From the NCBI GenBank assembly GCA_965662355.1, contig CBFIHP010000007.1:218859-282858 (forward strand): DNA of 64,000 nt, in the 5' to 3' direction. The stretch is from Planctomycetota bacterium (GTDB taxonomy: Bacteria; Planctomycetota; UBA1135; GCA-002686595). Positions 45,589 to 55,753 of this stretch are shown one piece after another. A model generated the notes under the pieces. It saw nothing but the letters and a program-made list of their open reading frames with translations. It ran no database searches and had not been told where the DNA came from. How positions within the stretch are numbered: the first letter of the stretch is position 1; the number at the start of each line of letters is the position of its first letter. Position numbers and translations under genes: made by a program.

Positions 45589-48500
45589 TCAAGACACCGG
45601 TACGGGCATCGGATCCGCCGGCACGGCTGCCTTGCCCAACGTTTCGCGGACGTCCTCGCCCAGGGAGAGCAGAACCGGCACGAGGAACAGCGTGAAGAGT
45701 GTCGAGAAGAAGAGCCCCCCGACGATCACCGCACCCAGCCCCTGGTACAGCTCGGCTCCGGCACCTCCCCCGAAGGCCAGGGGCAGCATGCCCATGACCG
45801 TGGTCGAGACGCTCATGAGAATCGGCCGCAACCGGGTTCGCGTCGCTTCGGCCAGGGCCTGACGCCGTGCCATTCCCTCGACCTGGAAGTTGTTCGTCTG
45901 GTGCACGATCAGGATCGCGTTGTTGACGACCAACCCCGCGAGGATGATGAAGCCCAGCATCGAGATGACGTCGAAAGCCGCCGCGCCGGGGGCCAGCTCG
46001 GACGCGAGACGAATCCCGACCAGTCCTCCCGACAAGGCGAGCGGAACCGTGACGAGGATCACGAAGGGCGAGAGCCAGCTTCGGAAGAGAGCCACGAGCA
46101 AGAGGTAGATCACGAGCACCGACAGCCCGAAGCCCGAAGACAGTACTGTCAAGGTCGTGCGCAAGGCATCGGCCGAGCCGCCGACACGCAAGCTGTACGC
46201 CGGGCCCAGGCCCCCGAGAATGGCCGGAAAGAGGTCATTCTCGACGCGCTCGACGACCTCCTCGAGTGGCGCGCCGGTTGCAATGTTCACGGTCAAGAGC
46301 GCGTTGCGTTGGCGCTCGAGACGACGGATCGACTGGGGCCCAACGGTACGCTCGACACGAGCCACGTCGCCCAGGGAAACGACCTTGCCGGAGCGCGTCA
46401 TGAAGCGCACCGCGGCCAGGTCTTCATGGGATTGGATGCTCGACTGCGGAGCGATGACGTTCAGATCGACCTCGCGCCCACCGTCGATCATCTCGGTGAT
46501 CCGCCGCCCCGCGACCACGGCCTCGACGATGCGCCCCACCTCCGCCACGTCCAGATCGAGGTCCTTGGCGCGCACCTCGTCGACGATGATGCGGAGCTCG
46601 GGCTGTCCACTGACGAGCGAGCTGCGCACGCTGGTGACGCCCGGCATGCTGCGCAATGCTTCCTCGAGCTCGCGCGCACTGCCCTCTAGCCGCGCCAGAT
46701 CCGGTCCAGACAATTCGACCTCGAACTGCTTGCCCGGATTCTCGAAGAGCGATGAACGGATTGGAACGATGAAACGAAAGCCCGCCGTCGTGAAGGCCGG
46801 CCCGAACATGCGTTGATGGAAATCCGCCAACGTCTCCCCGTCGGAGGAGTCCTCCTTCAGGATGACGCCACCACCATTGAAGCCACCCGCAACCGAGAAC
46901 ATGCGTTCTGTTTCCGGCTGGGACAGCAGCCATCGTTCAAACGGCCGGTAGTTGTCAGCGATAGCCTCGGGACGTGTCCCGGGGATCGGATCGCAAAAGA
47001 ACATGACCAGGTTTCGATTGCCGGTCGGCAGGTATTCCGCGGGCGGCGCCAGCTTGAAACTGGCCAGGGCCAGGGCGGCGACGAACGTGCAGAAACCAAT
47101 CTTCGTTAGCACGGAACCAGGTTGATTGCCCTCGAGGGTGACGCAAAAACGCTCGTAGAGACGTTCGAGAAGACCGTGCCGGCGCTTTGGGGCCTGGCTT
47201 TTTTCTCCGAAGAGCAGCGTCGAAAGCACCGGAACGACCGTCAACGCAACGAGCAGCGAAAAACCGACCGCGGCCGAGATCGCGATGGCGATGTCCATGA
47301 AGAGCTGGCTGGCCTCGTCCGCTTCCAAAAGGATCGGCACGAAGACGGCGATGGTGGTCAAGGTCGAGGCCAGAACACCGCCCCACACCTCGCGCCCACC
47401 GTCCACCGCGGCGCGAATCCGGCCCTTGCCCATCTCCAGGTGGCGGAAGATGTTCTCGAGCACAACCACCGCGTTGTCGACGACCATACCGCTGGCAAAT
47501 GCGAGTCCCGCGAGGCTGATGACGTTCAGCGTGCGGTCGGCGGCCGAAAGCACGAAGAACACCGACGCCAGGGAGATAGGAATCGTGACGGCGGCGATGA
47601 TCACGGACTTGAAACTGCGCAGGAAGAAGAGCAGTACGAACGTCGCCAGCACCGCACCAAAGGCGAGGTTTTGGCGCACGAAGCCCATCGCCTGATGGAT
47701 GTACGTCGTCTCCTTGTAGACGGAGTACAGCTCGATATCGAGATTGCGCCTGCGGAAGTCCTGGTTGATCTCCTCGATGGACTCGTCGATGGCCGCGATC
47801 AACTCGACGACGTTCGCGCCTGCCTGACGGCGCACGCCCATGCCCACGGACTCGATGCCGTTCATGTGAACGAAGCCCGCCTTCTCGCGATAACCGTCGA
47901 CAATCGTGGAGACATCGGTGAGCCGCACGGAGCCGGCCGCGAGCTCCTTGACGATGATGTCGCCCAGGTCCTCGGCTTTCAAAGCGCGTCCAACGGTACG
48001 CACGATCGGTCGGCGGCTCGACGTTTCGATCGTTCCACCGCGGACGTTCAGATTGGCGCCCCGAATCGACGCAAAAACCTCGTCGAAACTCACTCCGCGA
48101 GCTACGAGCAGCTCGGGGTCGACACGGATCTGGACCTCGCGTCCGGAACCGCCGACGACGAACAAGGACGACACGCCGGGTACGCGCTCGATGCGAGCCT
48201 CGACCTCGTCCTCGATGGTGCGCCGCAAGCGGTTCACGTCGTAGTTCGAGCGCACCATGATCCAGTTCACAACCTCGTTGTCGCGCGCACTGGAGATGGC
48301 GACGACGGGTTCGTCGGCTTCCTCGGGAAGCCGTGGAACCTGGTTCAGCTTGTTGATGACATCGACGATGCCGGCCCGGGTGTCGAACCCGTAGTCGAAC
48401 TCGAGCAGGATCGAGCTACCGCCCTGGGCGGAGGTGCTGGTCATCTCCGCAAGGCCTTCGACGTTCTGCAAAACCTCTTCGAGTTCGCGCGTGACCTGCT

Positions 48501-48681
48501 CCTCGACCTCCTGGGCACTCGCGCCGCGGAAGCTCGTGCTGATGCTGATGCGCGGAAGATCGACCGTGGGCTTCAGCTGGACCGGGATCCGCTGGAAGGC
48601 CAGGATGCTGAAGAGCGATACGAGGATGACGCCCACCGCAACCGTGTACGGGCGCGAAACGGCGGCGTGAATGGGGTTCAT
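45589..48681 (-). CDS. RND-family efflux transporter (AcrB/AcrD/AcrF-type permease).
   Basis: The protein is 1030 aa with 12 TM helices and two large periplasmic loops. Motifs include MNPIHAAVSRPYTVAVGVILVSLFSI, GASAQEVEEQVTRELE and ...VVDNAVVVLENI. Confidence 0.9.
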   Translation of the reverse strand: MNPIHAAVSRPYTVAVGVILVSLFSILAFQRIPVQLKPTVDLPRISISTSFRGASAQEVEEQVTRELEEVLQNVEGLAEMTSTSAQGGSSILLEFDYGFDTRAGIVDVINKLNQVPRLPEEADEPVVAISSARDNEVVNWIMVRSNYDVNRLRRTIEDEVEARIERVPGVSSLFVVGGSGREVQIRVDPELLVARGVSFDEVFASIRGANLNVRGGTIETSSRRPIVRTVGRALKAEDLGDIIVKELAAGSVRLTDVSTIVDGYREKAGFVHMNGIESVGMGVRRQAGANVVELIAAIDESIEEINQDFRRRNLDIELYSVYKETTYIHQAMGFVRQNLAFGAVLATFVLLFFLRSFKSVIIAAVTIPISLASVFFVLSAADRTLNVISLAGLAFASGMVVDNAVVVLENIFRHLEMGKGRIRAAVDGGREVWGGVLASTLTTIAVFVPILLEADEASQLFMDIAIAISAAVGFSLLVALTVVPVLSTLLFGEKSQAPKRRHGLLERLYERFCVTLEGNQPGSVLTKIGFCTFVAALALASFKLAPPAEYLPTGNRNLVMFFCDPIPGTRPEAIADNYRPFERWLLSQPETERMFSVAGGFNGGGVILKEDSSDGETLADFHQRMFGPAFTTAGFRFIVPIRSSLFENPGKQFEVELSGPDLARLEGSARELEEALRSMPGVTSVRSSLVSGQPELRIIVDEVRAKDLDLDVAEVGRIVEAVVAGRRITEMIDGGREVDLNVIAPQSSIQSHEDLAAVRFMTRSGKVVSLGDVARVERTVGPQSIRRLERQRNALLTVNIATGAPLEEVVERVENDLFPAILGGLGPAYSLRVGGSADALRTTLTVLSSGFGLSVLVIYLLLVALFRSWLSPFVILVTVPLALSGGLVGIRLASELAPGAAAFDVISMLGFIILAGLVVNNAILIVHQTNNFQVEGMARRQALAEATRTRLRPILMSVSTTVMGMLPLAFGGGAGAELYQGLGAVIVGGLFFSTLFTLFLVPVLLSLGEDVRETLGKAAVPADPMPVPVS

Positions 48682-50042
48682 TCGTTGGCACCCTCGCCTG
48701 CTTGCGGAACGTCATCTTCGGCGTCTCCATGCCCGGGCTCGGCACCCGGCTCGCCCCGCGGCAACAGCGGCGCTCCCGGAAAGGCGTTGTCGGCCCCGAC
48801 CAGGCACACGGCGTCACCAGATGCCAGTGAAAGCCCCAGGGGTTCGATCGCGCACTTGGCATTCGACTCTGCCAGGATGCGCACCGGAACGAACTCGGCC
48901 ACCATGGACGGTCTTCCATCCTCGGACGGCGTTTCTCTTGCGCGCACCAGATAGAGACCGCGGTCCGAAGCCATCAGCGCATCGCTAGCAACGCACAGTA
49001 CGTCTTTCAGCGGTTCGAAGAAGATCTCGGCGTTACAGAAGAGACCCGGTTGGAGCCTCGCTCTGCGGCCTTCCTCTCTGCTGAGCCGCACAATGGCGCG
49101 AAAGCTGCGCGCCTCTTCGTCCGCTGCCTGGATCGTCGCATCCAGCTGGGTTTCGATGGCCCGGCTCTCGTCACCGGGAACGCTGAGCCGCACACGGCCA
49201 CCGTCCGCCAGGCGCGGTGCGTATCGGCCGGGGATCTCGAGGTGCACCTCGAGATTCTCGACGTCGACCAGCTCGAAGACGCCTTCACCACTGGAGACGA
49301 AGCCGCCCACCGAGACCAGGCGCTTGACGATGGCGCCAGACCACGGAGCGATCAGGCGGGTCTTTTCGAGGTTGTGCTCGGCCGTGGCCACGCGCGCCCT
49401 GGCTTCATCGACGCGGGCGTGGGCGATGGCGAGATCCTCGATGCGGGTGCCAGCCTCCACCTGAGCGTGGGCTTCCTGGGCCGCCGTGCGGCGCTTGTCC
49501 GCAGCGAGATACTGCATGCGCAGTACGTCGATTTCCGCTTCCGACAGGATGCGCTCCCTCAGGAGTTCCTCGCCGCGCTTGACCTCCAGCTGAGCGAGAT
49601 CGGCCTCGGCCCTCGCCGCGTCCAGGACGGCCAGCATGCGTCGCTTCTCTTCCTCGCGGGCGCCTGCCTCGAGCAACTCCAGTTCGCGACCGGCGAGCTT
49701 CAACGCCGCCTGGGCCGCACGCAGTTCGTAACGCTCATCGCCAGAGGACAGCTGGGCCAGGAGAGTCCCACCCTCAACCGATTGGGCCTCGTTCACCTCG
49801 AGGCGCTCGACGAGTCCGGCCGTTTCGAACGCGAGCACCGCTCGTCGTGCGCCGCGGACGCTGCCGGAAAGGGCGGCGCTGGGCTGCATGGTGCCGCGCT
49901 CGACGTGGGTCAGGGTCACGGGCAGAACGAAGCGGAACGCGCTGTCGGCTTCGGCTGCCAACGGTGCGGGCCGTTGCAGCCACCAAAAAGACACCAGAAG
50001 GGCCACTATGCCCAGGGTTGCGGAAATCCAGCCTCGTCTCAT
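48678..50042 (-). CDS. RND efflux membrane fusion (periplasmic adaptor) protein.
   Basis: There is an N-terminal TM anchor. A long coiled-coil (AAQAALKLAGRELELLEAGAREEEKRRMLAVLDAARAEADLAQLE) is flanked by beta-barrel segments. A 4-nt overlap couples it to the RND gene. Confidence 0.85.
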   Translation of the reverse strand: MRRGWISATLGIVALLVSFWWLQRPAPLAAEADSAFRFVLPVTLTHVERGTMQPSAALSGSVRGARRAVLAFETAGLVERLEVNEAQSVEGGTLLAQLSSGDERYELRAAQAALKLAGRELELLEAGAREEEKRRMLAVLDAARAEADLAQLEVKRGEELLRERILSEAEIDVLRMQYLAADKRRTAAQEAHAQVEAGTRIEDLAIAHARVDEARARVATAEHNLEKTRLIAPWSGAIVKRLVSVGGFVSSGEGVFELVDVENLEVHLEIPGRYAPRLADGGRVRLSVPGDESRAIETQLDATIQAADEEARSFRAIVRLSREEGRRARLQPGLFCNAEIFFEPLKDVLCVASDALMASDRGLYLVRARETPSEDGRPSMVAEFVPVRILAESNAKCAIEPLGLSLASGDAVCLVGADNAFPGAPLLPRGEPGAEPGHGDAEDDVPQAGEGANE

Positions 50043-50193
50043 TCTCTCTTAGTCCTTCTCCTCTGAGTCCTCCTTCGGGGAGGGATACACGCTGACATAC
50101 TCTCTCTGCCAGTCGGCATGGAATAGATCATCTTCGATCCCCCTCAGGAAGTGCGTCAAGAGAGCCGCGGAACCTGAACCTCGAACCCGGTTC

Positions 50194-51723
50194 TTACGTC
50201 CTCAGGCGGTGCTTCGCGATCTTGCCCGAGCCCGTCTTGGGCAGGCGCTCCCGGAACTCGACCGAACGCGGCGCTTTGTAGCGTGCGATGCGTGCCCGAC
50301 AGAACTCGATCAGTTCGGCTTCCCCGAGGCGCGTCCCGGGACGCAGGGCGCATACGGCGTGAACACACTCACCGAAACGCTCGTCGGGACGTCCGATGAC
50401 CGCCGCCTCGAGCACGGCTGGATGCTCGAAGAGCACGCTCTCGACCTCGGTCGAATAGACGTTCTCGCCGCCGGTCAGGATCACGTCCTTCTTGCGATCG
50501 ACGATGTTGAGATAGCCGTGGGCATCGACCACGGCCAGATCACCGGTGTGGAGCCAATCGTCGCGGAAGGCAGCCCGGGTTTCCTCGGGACGCTGCCAGT
50601 AGCCGGGTGTCACGGTCGCGCCGCGCGCGCGGATCTCGCCCACCGTCACATCGTCGGCGGGGACCCGCTCGCCCGCCTCTGTGACCACTTCCAGCTCGAC
50701 CGCTGCAAAGGGACGCCCCGTGCGCGCCACGAAGGCCAGGCGTTCCTGCTCCGGCAATCTCTCGAGCTCGGGCGTCAGGAGGCCGAGGGTCAGAAAAGGG
50801 CTCGTCTCCGTCATGCCATAGGTTTGCACGTACGTGCAGGCAAAGGTATCGATCACGCGCTTCACCAGGGCCGGCGCGATCGGCGCGCCGCCCGAGAGGA
50901 TCATGCGCAGGCTCGATGGGTCGAACTCGTGCACATGGGGATCGGCAAGCATCGCGGCCAGCATCGTTGGAACCAGGTTCGTGCGTGTGACGTGTTGCAC
51001 CTCGATCTGTGTGAGAGCCTCGCGAGCGTCGAATCGACCTGGAAGCACATGCGCCCCACCCACATCGGTGATGGCGAAGCAGGCCCAGGCATCGGCCAGA
51101 TGGAACATGGGCGCGAAATGCCCCCAGCGATCCTCCGCGTCCAGCCCCAGCTCGAGAACGCTCGCCCGCGCGTGCGTGACGACGTTCTTGTGCGTCAGCA
51201 TGACCCCTTTCGAACGCCCGGTCGTGCCGCTCGTGTAATAGAGGTGCGCGAGATCATCCGGGGCACAGGCCGCCGGAGTCGAGGCGTGGATGGCTCCTTG
51301 CTCGGGCGGCGCCTCGGCGAGTTGCTCCCACTCGAGCGACGGCCCCGCGAACGACGCCTCTCCAAGGTCGGCGAAACAGGGCTCCCACACGAGCAGACTC
51401 GGCTGACAATCCTCGAGGATATCGCGCAGCTCGCGCGGACTGAGTCGGTAGTTCAGCGGCACGAGCACCGCCCCAGACCAGGCCGCCGCGAAGTACGCCT
51501 CGAGAAACGCAGGGGTGTTTTCACCGAGGTAGGCCACGCGCTCCCCCCGAGTCACGCCACGCTCGCGCCAATCGCCAGCTCGGGCGAGAACTCGTCTGTG
51601 GAGCGCTGCGTAGGTGCAGCTCTCCTCTTTACCGATTACGGCCAGGCGCTCGGGAAACCGCGAGCAGGCCTCCTCGAAGAGACTCCCCAGGGTAGCCGGT
51701 CGCGTGGAGTCCGGACTCGCCAT
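50194..51723 (-). CDS. AMP-dependent acyl-CoA synthetase/ligase (FadD-like).
   Basis: The AMP-binding signature YTSGTTGRSKGVMLTHKNV, the TYGMTETSP motif and a C-terminal K in GKIAKHRL are present. Confidence 0.85.
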   Translation of the reverse strand: MASPDSTRPATLGSLFEEACSRFPERLAVIGKEESCTYAALHRRVLARAGDWRERGVTRGERVAYLGENTPAFLEAYFAAAWSGAVLVPLNYRLSPRELRDILEDCQPSLLVWEPCFADLGEASFAGPSLEWEQLAEAPPEQGAIHASTPAACAPDDLAHLYYTSGTTGRSKGVMLTHKNVVTHARASVLELGLDAEDRWGHFAPMFHLADAWACFAITDVGGAHVLPGRFDAREALTQIEVQHVTRTNLVPTMLAAMLADPHVHEFDPSSLRMILSGGAPIAPALVKRVIDTFACTYVQTYGMTETSPFLTLGLLTPELERLPEQERLAFVARTGRPFAAVELEVVTEAGERVPADDVTVGEIRARGATVTPGYWQRPEETRAAFRDDWLHTGDLAVVDAHGYLNIVDRKKDVILTGGENVYSTEVESVLFEHPAVLEAAVIGRPDERFGECVHAVCALRPGTRLGEAELIEFCRARIARYKAPRSVEFRERLPKTGSGKIAKHRLRT

Positions 51724-51739
51724 GGCGGGCTCCGCTGCT

Positions 51740-54463
51740 CTACTGAACCACGACGATGTCGAACTTGCGCTCGATGTCGAACCCGCCTGGCCCCGAGGCG
51801 ACCAGCGAGATCGAGTAGGTGCCCGGCTGGTTGTAGATGTGCGTCGGGTTTTGAAGGGTCGAGGTTCCGCCGTCGCCGAAGTCCCAAATCCATGATGTCA
51901 CGATGCCCGTGCTCATGTCGGTGGCCGAAATCGTGTGTGGAGCGGATCCCATTCCAGGACCGCCGATGAAATCGGCCGCCGGCTGGGCCTGAACGGGGGC
52001 GAAACCGAGACGCATGTCGGCCGCGTTGCACAGGGTCTGTGCTGCCGGGGTGCCTGCGATCAAGCCCTGCGAAGTGCCCACGCCCATGATCGAGGGGTCG
52101 TTGGGAATATTGAAATTGAGCGTCGTGATCCCACTCGCATCTGCGGCGCTCACGAACTGGAAAAACTGAATTCCACCGACCAAGAGCTCGCCGAGCCCCA
52201 TGACATCGACCCCTGGATTTACCTGGGACCAGATCAGCACGAACGCAAAGCTGGCGCCGGGCCGATCGCGGTGATCGATGGTCGCGATCCAGTTCATTCC
52301 CGGTATCGGCGGATCGGCGATGTAGCACGGCGGATTGACGCCACTGCCGTTTCGATAGGTAGCGCTTGCGGTGAACCCGGCTATGACGAGGTCCTTCTCG
52401 AAGACCGCGTCGAAACCACCGGGCCCCTCGACGACCAACGAGACCTCGTAGATTCCGGGGACCGTGTAATCGTGCGCAGGGTGCTGGGCGGACGATCCGT
52501 TCCCGTCACCGAAGTTCCAGGTCCGGGAAGTGATCGTACCCGTGCTTAGATCCGTGAAGTTCACCAGCAACGGTGCCGGAGCGATGGTGTTCGTGGACGT
52601 GAAGGCCGCTATCGGACGCGCGAAGTTGGGCGTGAAGCCGATCGTGAGGTCGACGGCGTTGCAGAACCTACCGGTGTTGTTGGCACTGAGGAGAATGGCC
52701 TGCGACGTACCCACGTTCCCCAGAAGACTGACATCGTTGGGCAGGTTGAAGGTGTGCGCATCGACGCCTCCAGTGGCGACCGTGAAGCTGTTCACCACCA
52801 CCGCCGAGGTGGTGTCGATCAGGAGCTCGCCAAAAGCCGTGTTCGTGCCCGGAATCCCGATCGGCCGCACGAGAATGGCCGAAACGACGGCGGCATCGAA
52901 GGCCGAACTATCGACACCCGCCATCCACGTGCCCCCGAGGACCGGCGGAGTGGAGGTATAGCAAGGCGCGTTCTCGCCGGAACCATTGCGGTAGGCTGCA
53001 ACGGCCGCGGGGTCGACCGTGACGAAACCCGGTTTCGATTCGACATCACTCCCACCCGGTCCCGTCACGGTGAGCACGACGGTGTACGTGCCCGGATTCG
53101 TGTAGGTGTGCCCTGGGTCGCTCTGGCTCGAGCCGCCGCCGTCACCGAAGTTCCAGGAATGGCTCGAAATGATCCCCGTGGAAAGATCGGTGAAGCCCAC
53201 GATCAGAGGAGCGACACCGGAGGTGGGCGAGCCACTGAACTGCGCCACCGGGCCCGGTGGATCGACCGTGATGTAGGCGAGTTTCGTCTCGCCGTCGCTG
53301 CCACCCGGCCCCGTCACGCTCAACGTGACGTTGTAGGTCCCCGCGGCATTGTACGTGTGCGCCGGACTCGCCAGCCCGGATCCACCGCCGTCGCCGAAGG
53401 TCCAGGAGTGGCTCGAGATCACGCCGCTCGATTGGTCGCTGAAGTTCACCGTCAACGGAGCCGCGCCCGAGGTCGGCGTTCCGATGAACTGCGCCACCGG
53501 AGCCGGTGGGTCGACCGTGATGTAGGCGAGTTTCGTCTCGCCGTCGCTACCACCCGGGCCCGTCACGTTCAACGTGACGTTGTAGGTCCCCGCGGCATTG
53601 TACGTGTGCGCCGGATTCACCAGTCCGGATCCGCCACCGTCGCCGAAGGTCCAGGAGTGGCTCGAGATCGAACCGCTCGATTGGTCGCTGAAGTTCACCG
53701 TCAACGGAGCCGCGCCCGAAATCGGCGATCCGCTGAACTGCGCTATCGGAGGGCCCGGGGCCTGGGGAACTTCGTGGATCTCGGCGAAGATCAGCACGAC
53801 GCGATTGACGAGGTTCAGGAAGTCCGCCTGAGCCGTCTTCGTCCCGGCTGTCGCGTAGTTGACCTGGTCCGCCGTCGACCACGTACTGGAACCCTGGTTG
53901 ATGTCGAGACGTTCCGTGACATCCTGGGTCCAGGCGAATTCGAAGGCGTTTCCACACCCTACGGCGGCGACCCCGGCGCTGCCCGCATCGACCACAATCG
54001 ATACGGTTATCGGGTCGACGAGACTCGTTGCGCTGTTGATGCTCCCGATCGGCGTCGTCTGGTCGACATTGCAATAGGTCACGGCGGCTACGGAGAATTC
54101 GGCAAAGGCACCGGTAACGTTGACGACGATCGTCGAATCGGAAGCGGCCGCGAGGGCGCTTTCCTTCAGGTACCAAAGCGAACCCAGGTACGAGAACCCA
54201 GCATCGGGCGACTCTAGCTTTTCGGCGAGCGTGAGGGTCTGCCCACCGTAAGTCACCGACGCGATGTCGTTGGCGCCCTGAGTGTTCGACTCTGCACCCA
54301 CCGTAACGACCAACAAGCGATCCGCGCCCGTACCCGCCGCGTGGGTCGTACCGGCCGTCCATCCGCCGCCTGGGCAAACGGAAACCTGAGCCGTATGGCT
54401 GGAAGCGAACGTGAGGAGTAAGAACGAGAATCCCAGAAGAATGCGAAGCGGACGAGTCAACAT
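51740..54463 (-). CDS. Secreted protein with multiple PKD domains.
   Basis: The signal peptide is MLTRPLRILLGFSFLLLTFASSHTAQV. There are at least five PKD repeats (PLTVNFSDQSSGSISSHSWTFGDGGGSGLVNPAHTYNAAGTYNVTLNVTGPGGSDGETK). Confidence 0.8.
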   Translation of the reverse strand: MLTRPLRILLGFSFLLLTFASSHTAQVSVCPGGGWTAGTTHAAGTGADRLLVVTVGAESNTQGANDIASVTYGGQTLTLAEKLESPDAGFSYLGSLWYLKESALAAASDSTIVVNVTGAFAEFSVAAVTYCNVDQTTPIGSINSATSLVDPITVSIVVDAGSAGVAAVGCGNAFEFAWTQDVTERLDINQGSSTWSTADQVNYATAGTKTAQADFLNLVNRVVLIFAEIHEVPQAPGPPIAQFSGSPISGAAPLTVNFSDQSSGSISSHSWTFGDGGGSGLVNPAHTYNAAGTYNVTLNVTGPGGSDGETKLAYITVDPPAPVAQFIGTPTSGAAPLTVNFSDQSSGVISSHSWTFGDGGGSGLASPAHTYNAAGTYNVTLSVTGPGGSDGETKLAYITVDPPGPVAQFSGSPTSGVAPLIVGFTDLSTGIISSHSWNFGDGGGSSQSDPGHTYTNPGTYTVVLTVTGPGGSDVESKPGFVTVDPAAVAAYRNGSGENAPCYTSTPPVLGGTWMAGVDSSAFDAAVVSAILVRPIGIPGTNTAFGELLIDTTSAVVVNSFTVATGGVDAHTFNLPNDVSLLGNVGTSQAILLSANNTGRFCNAVDLTIGFTPNFARPIAAFTSTNTIAPAPLLVNFTDLSTGTITSRTWNFGDGNGSSAQHPAHDYTVPGIYEVSLVVEGPGGFDAVFEKDLVIAGFTASATYRNGSGVNPPCYIADPPIPGMNWIATIDHRDRPGASFAFVLIWSQVNPGVDVMGLGELLVGGIQFFQFVSAADASGITTLNFNIPNDPSIMGVGTSQGLIAGTPAAQTLCNAADMRLGFAPVQAQPAADFIGGPGMGSAPHTISATDMSTGIVTSWIWDFGDGGTSTLQNPTHIYNQPGTYSISLVASGPGGFDIERKFDIVVVQ
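53035..53760. repeat. Tandem 240-bp near-identical DNA repeats encoding the PKD domains.
   Basis: The copies at about 53275-53514 and 53515-53754 are nearly identical (GAGTTTCGTCTCGCCGTCGCT... recurs with a 240-bp period). More diverged copies flank them. Confidence 0.7.
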
Positions 54464-54703
54464 GGGCCGGGGGCAGGGGCCTTTATCGCTCCTCGGGAAG
54501 AGGAGGCGGGGTGAACGAAGGGGGGGTATGAGTCGGTCTGCTCTCTATGAGTGGTCAACTCGCCCTACTAGGATACACCTCCCCTCGAATCGAGGGGGTT
54601 GGACCTGGAATCCCTGTGGAAAACCGTTTCCTGGCGCCCAGGATCTTCCCGCACGGTTGCCCGCTGCAAGAAATGCCCTGACCGGCGACATGAAACTCGG
54701 GGA

Positions 54704-55639
54704 ATGCTCCCAAACCTAATGGATACGGAAACTCCGAACCGCTTTGCGCCGTGGATGGTGCGCCTGGTCGCCGCCTGGCTTCTCATCGGCGCCTTCTTCA
54801 AGTTGCTGGTCGGCACGCCGAACGACCTGCCCCAGGTCGTTCGCGATCTGCCCATGGAGCTCGGGTTGACGTACAGCCTGGTGATTTCGATCGAGCTGGC
54901 TCTGGGATTTTGCGCCCTGGTCAAACCCGCCTGGGCCTGGTTTTTGCTCTCTGGAGCCCTCGTGGTCTTCGACGTGATCCTGACGACGCAACTCGGAAGC
55001 GACAACTGCGGTTGCTTCGGTTCGAAGATCACCATGCCGCCCTGGTTGATGCTGACGATCGACTCGGTACTGCTCGTCGGCCTACTGCTCTCGAAACCGT
55101 GGCGCAACATGCCGCGGGCCGCGCCGGTACCGGTCGCAGTCCTCGTGATGGCGATCGGTTTTGCGATCCCGTGGATGATGGACCGGCAGGTAGGCACGGG
55201 CATCACGGCCGACGGCGACCCCGTGGACAAGCCAGGTAGAGCCTGGCTCGAGATGAACATCGAGGACTGGGTCGGCCAGGACGTTCGTGAATCCCCGCTG
55301 TCGAAGCCGCCGTTGAGCGACCACATCGACGTGGAGTCGATCATCACCGACGGCATCTGGGTGTTCTGGCGCCAGGATTGCGACCACTGCAAGGAGCACC
55401 TCGCGAACATGGTGAACACCGAGATCGGGGAGCGCATGGTCACGCTCGTTCAGCTGCGCATGCCCACCGATACGGAAGCCAACCGCGTCGTGAGCATGAT
55501 GCCGAGCGGTGGCTTCGTGCAGATGCTCACACTCCCCGAATCCATGGACTACGTGATCACGACCCCGGGCGAGATGCTGGTGGAGAACGAGAAAATCGTG
55601 GGCGCCAAGGAAGGTGTTTCCGCCGAGGAGTCTTTCTAG
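54704..55639 (+). CDS. MauE/DoxX-like membrane domain fused to a C-terminal thioredoxin-like domain.
   Basis: The TM region carries GSDNCGCFGSK (the CGCFG motif of MauE). The C-terminal soluble domain has WVFWRQDCDHCKEHL (CxxC). The start is the ATG at 54704, or 54719; the track TTG at 54599 is less likely. Confidence 0.7.
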   Translation: MLPNLMDTETPNRFAPWMVRLVAAWLLIGAFFKLLVGTPNDLPQVVRDLPMELGLTYSLVISIELALGFCALVKPAWAWFLLSGALVVFDVILTTQLGSDNCGCFGSKITMPPWLMLTIDSVLLVGLLLSKPWRNMPRAAPVPVAVLVMAIGFAIPWMMDRQVGTGITADGDPVDKPGRAWLEMNIEDWVGQDVRESPLSKPPLSDHIDVESIITDGIWVFWRQDCDHCKEHLANMVNTEIGERMVTLVQLRMPTDTEANRVVSMMPSGGFVQMLTLPESMDYVITTPGEMLVENEKIVGAKEGVSAEESF

Positions 55640-55753
55640 CCACGCTTCGACCGGGAGTCTGATGGAGGCATTTGGAGTGTTCAGGCTCGTCCTGGAGGCA
55701 CCTGAGGCGTTCGTTCAACTTTTCTGGCGCTCCACCCGAAAGGAGCCAACCCG

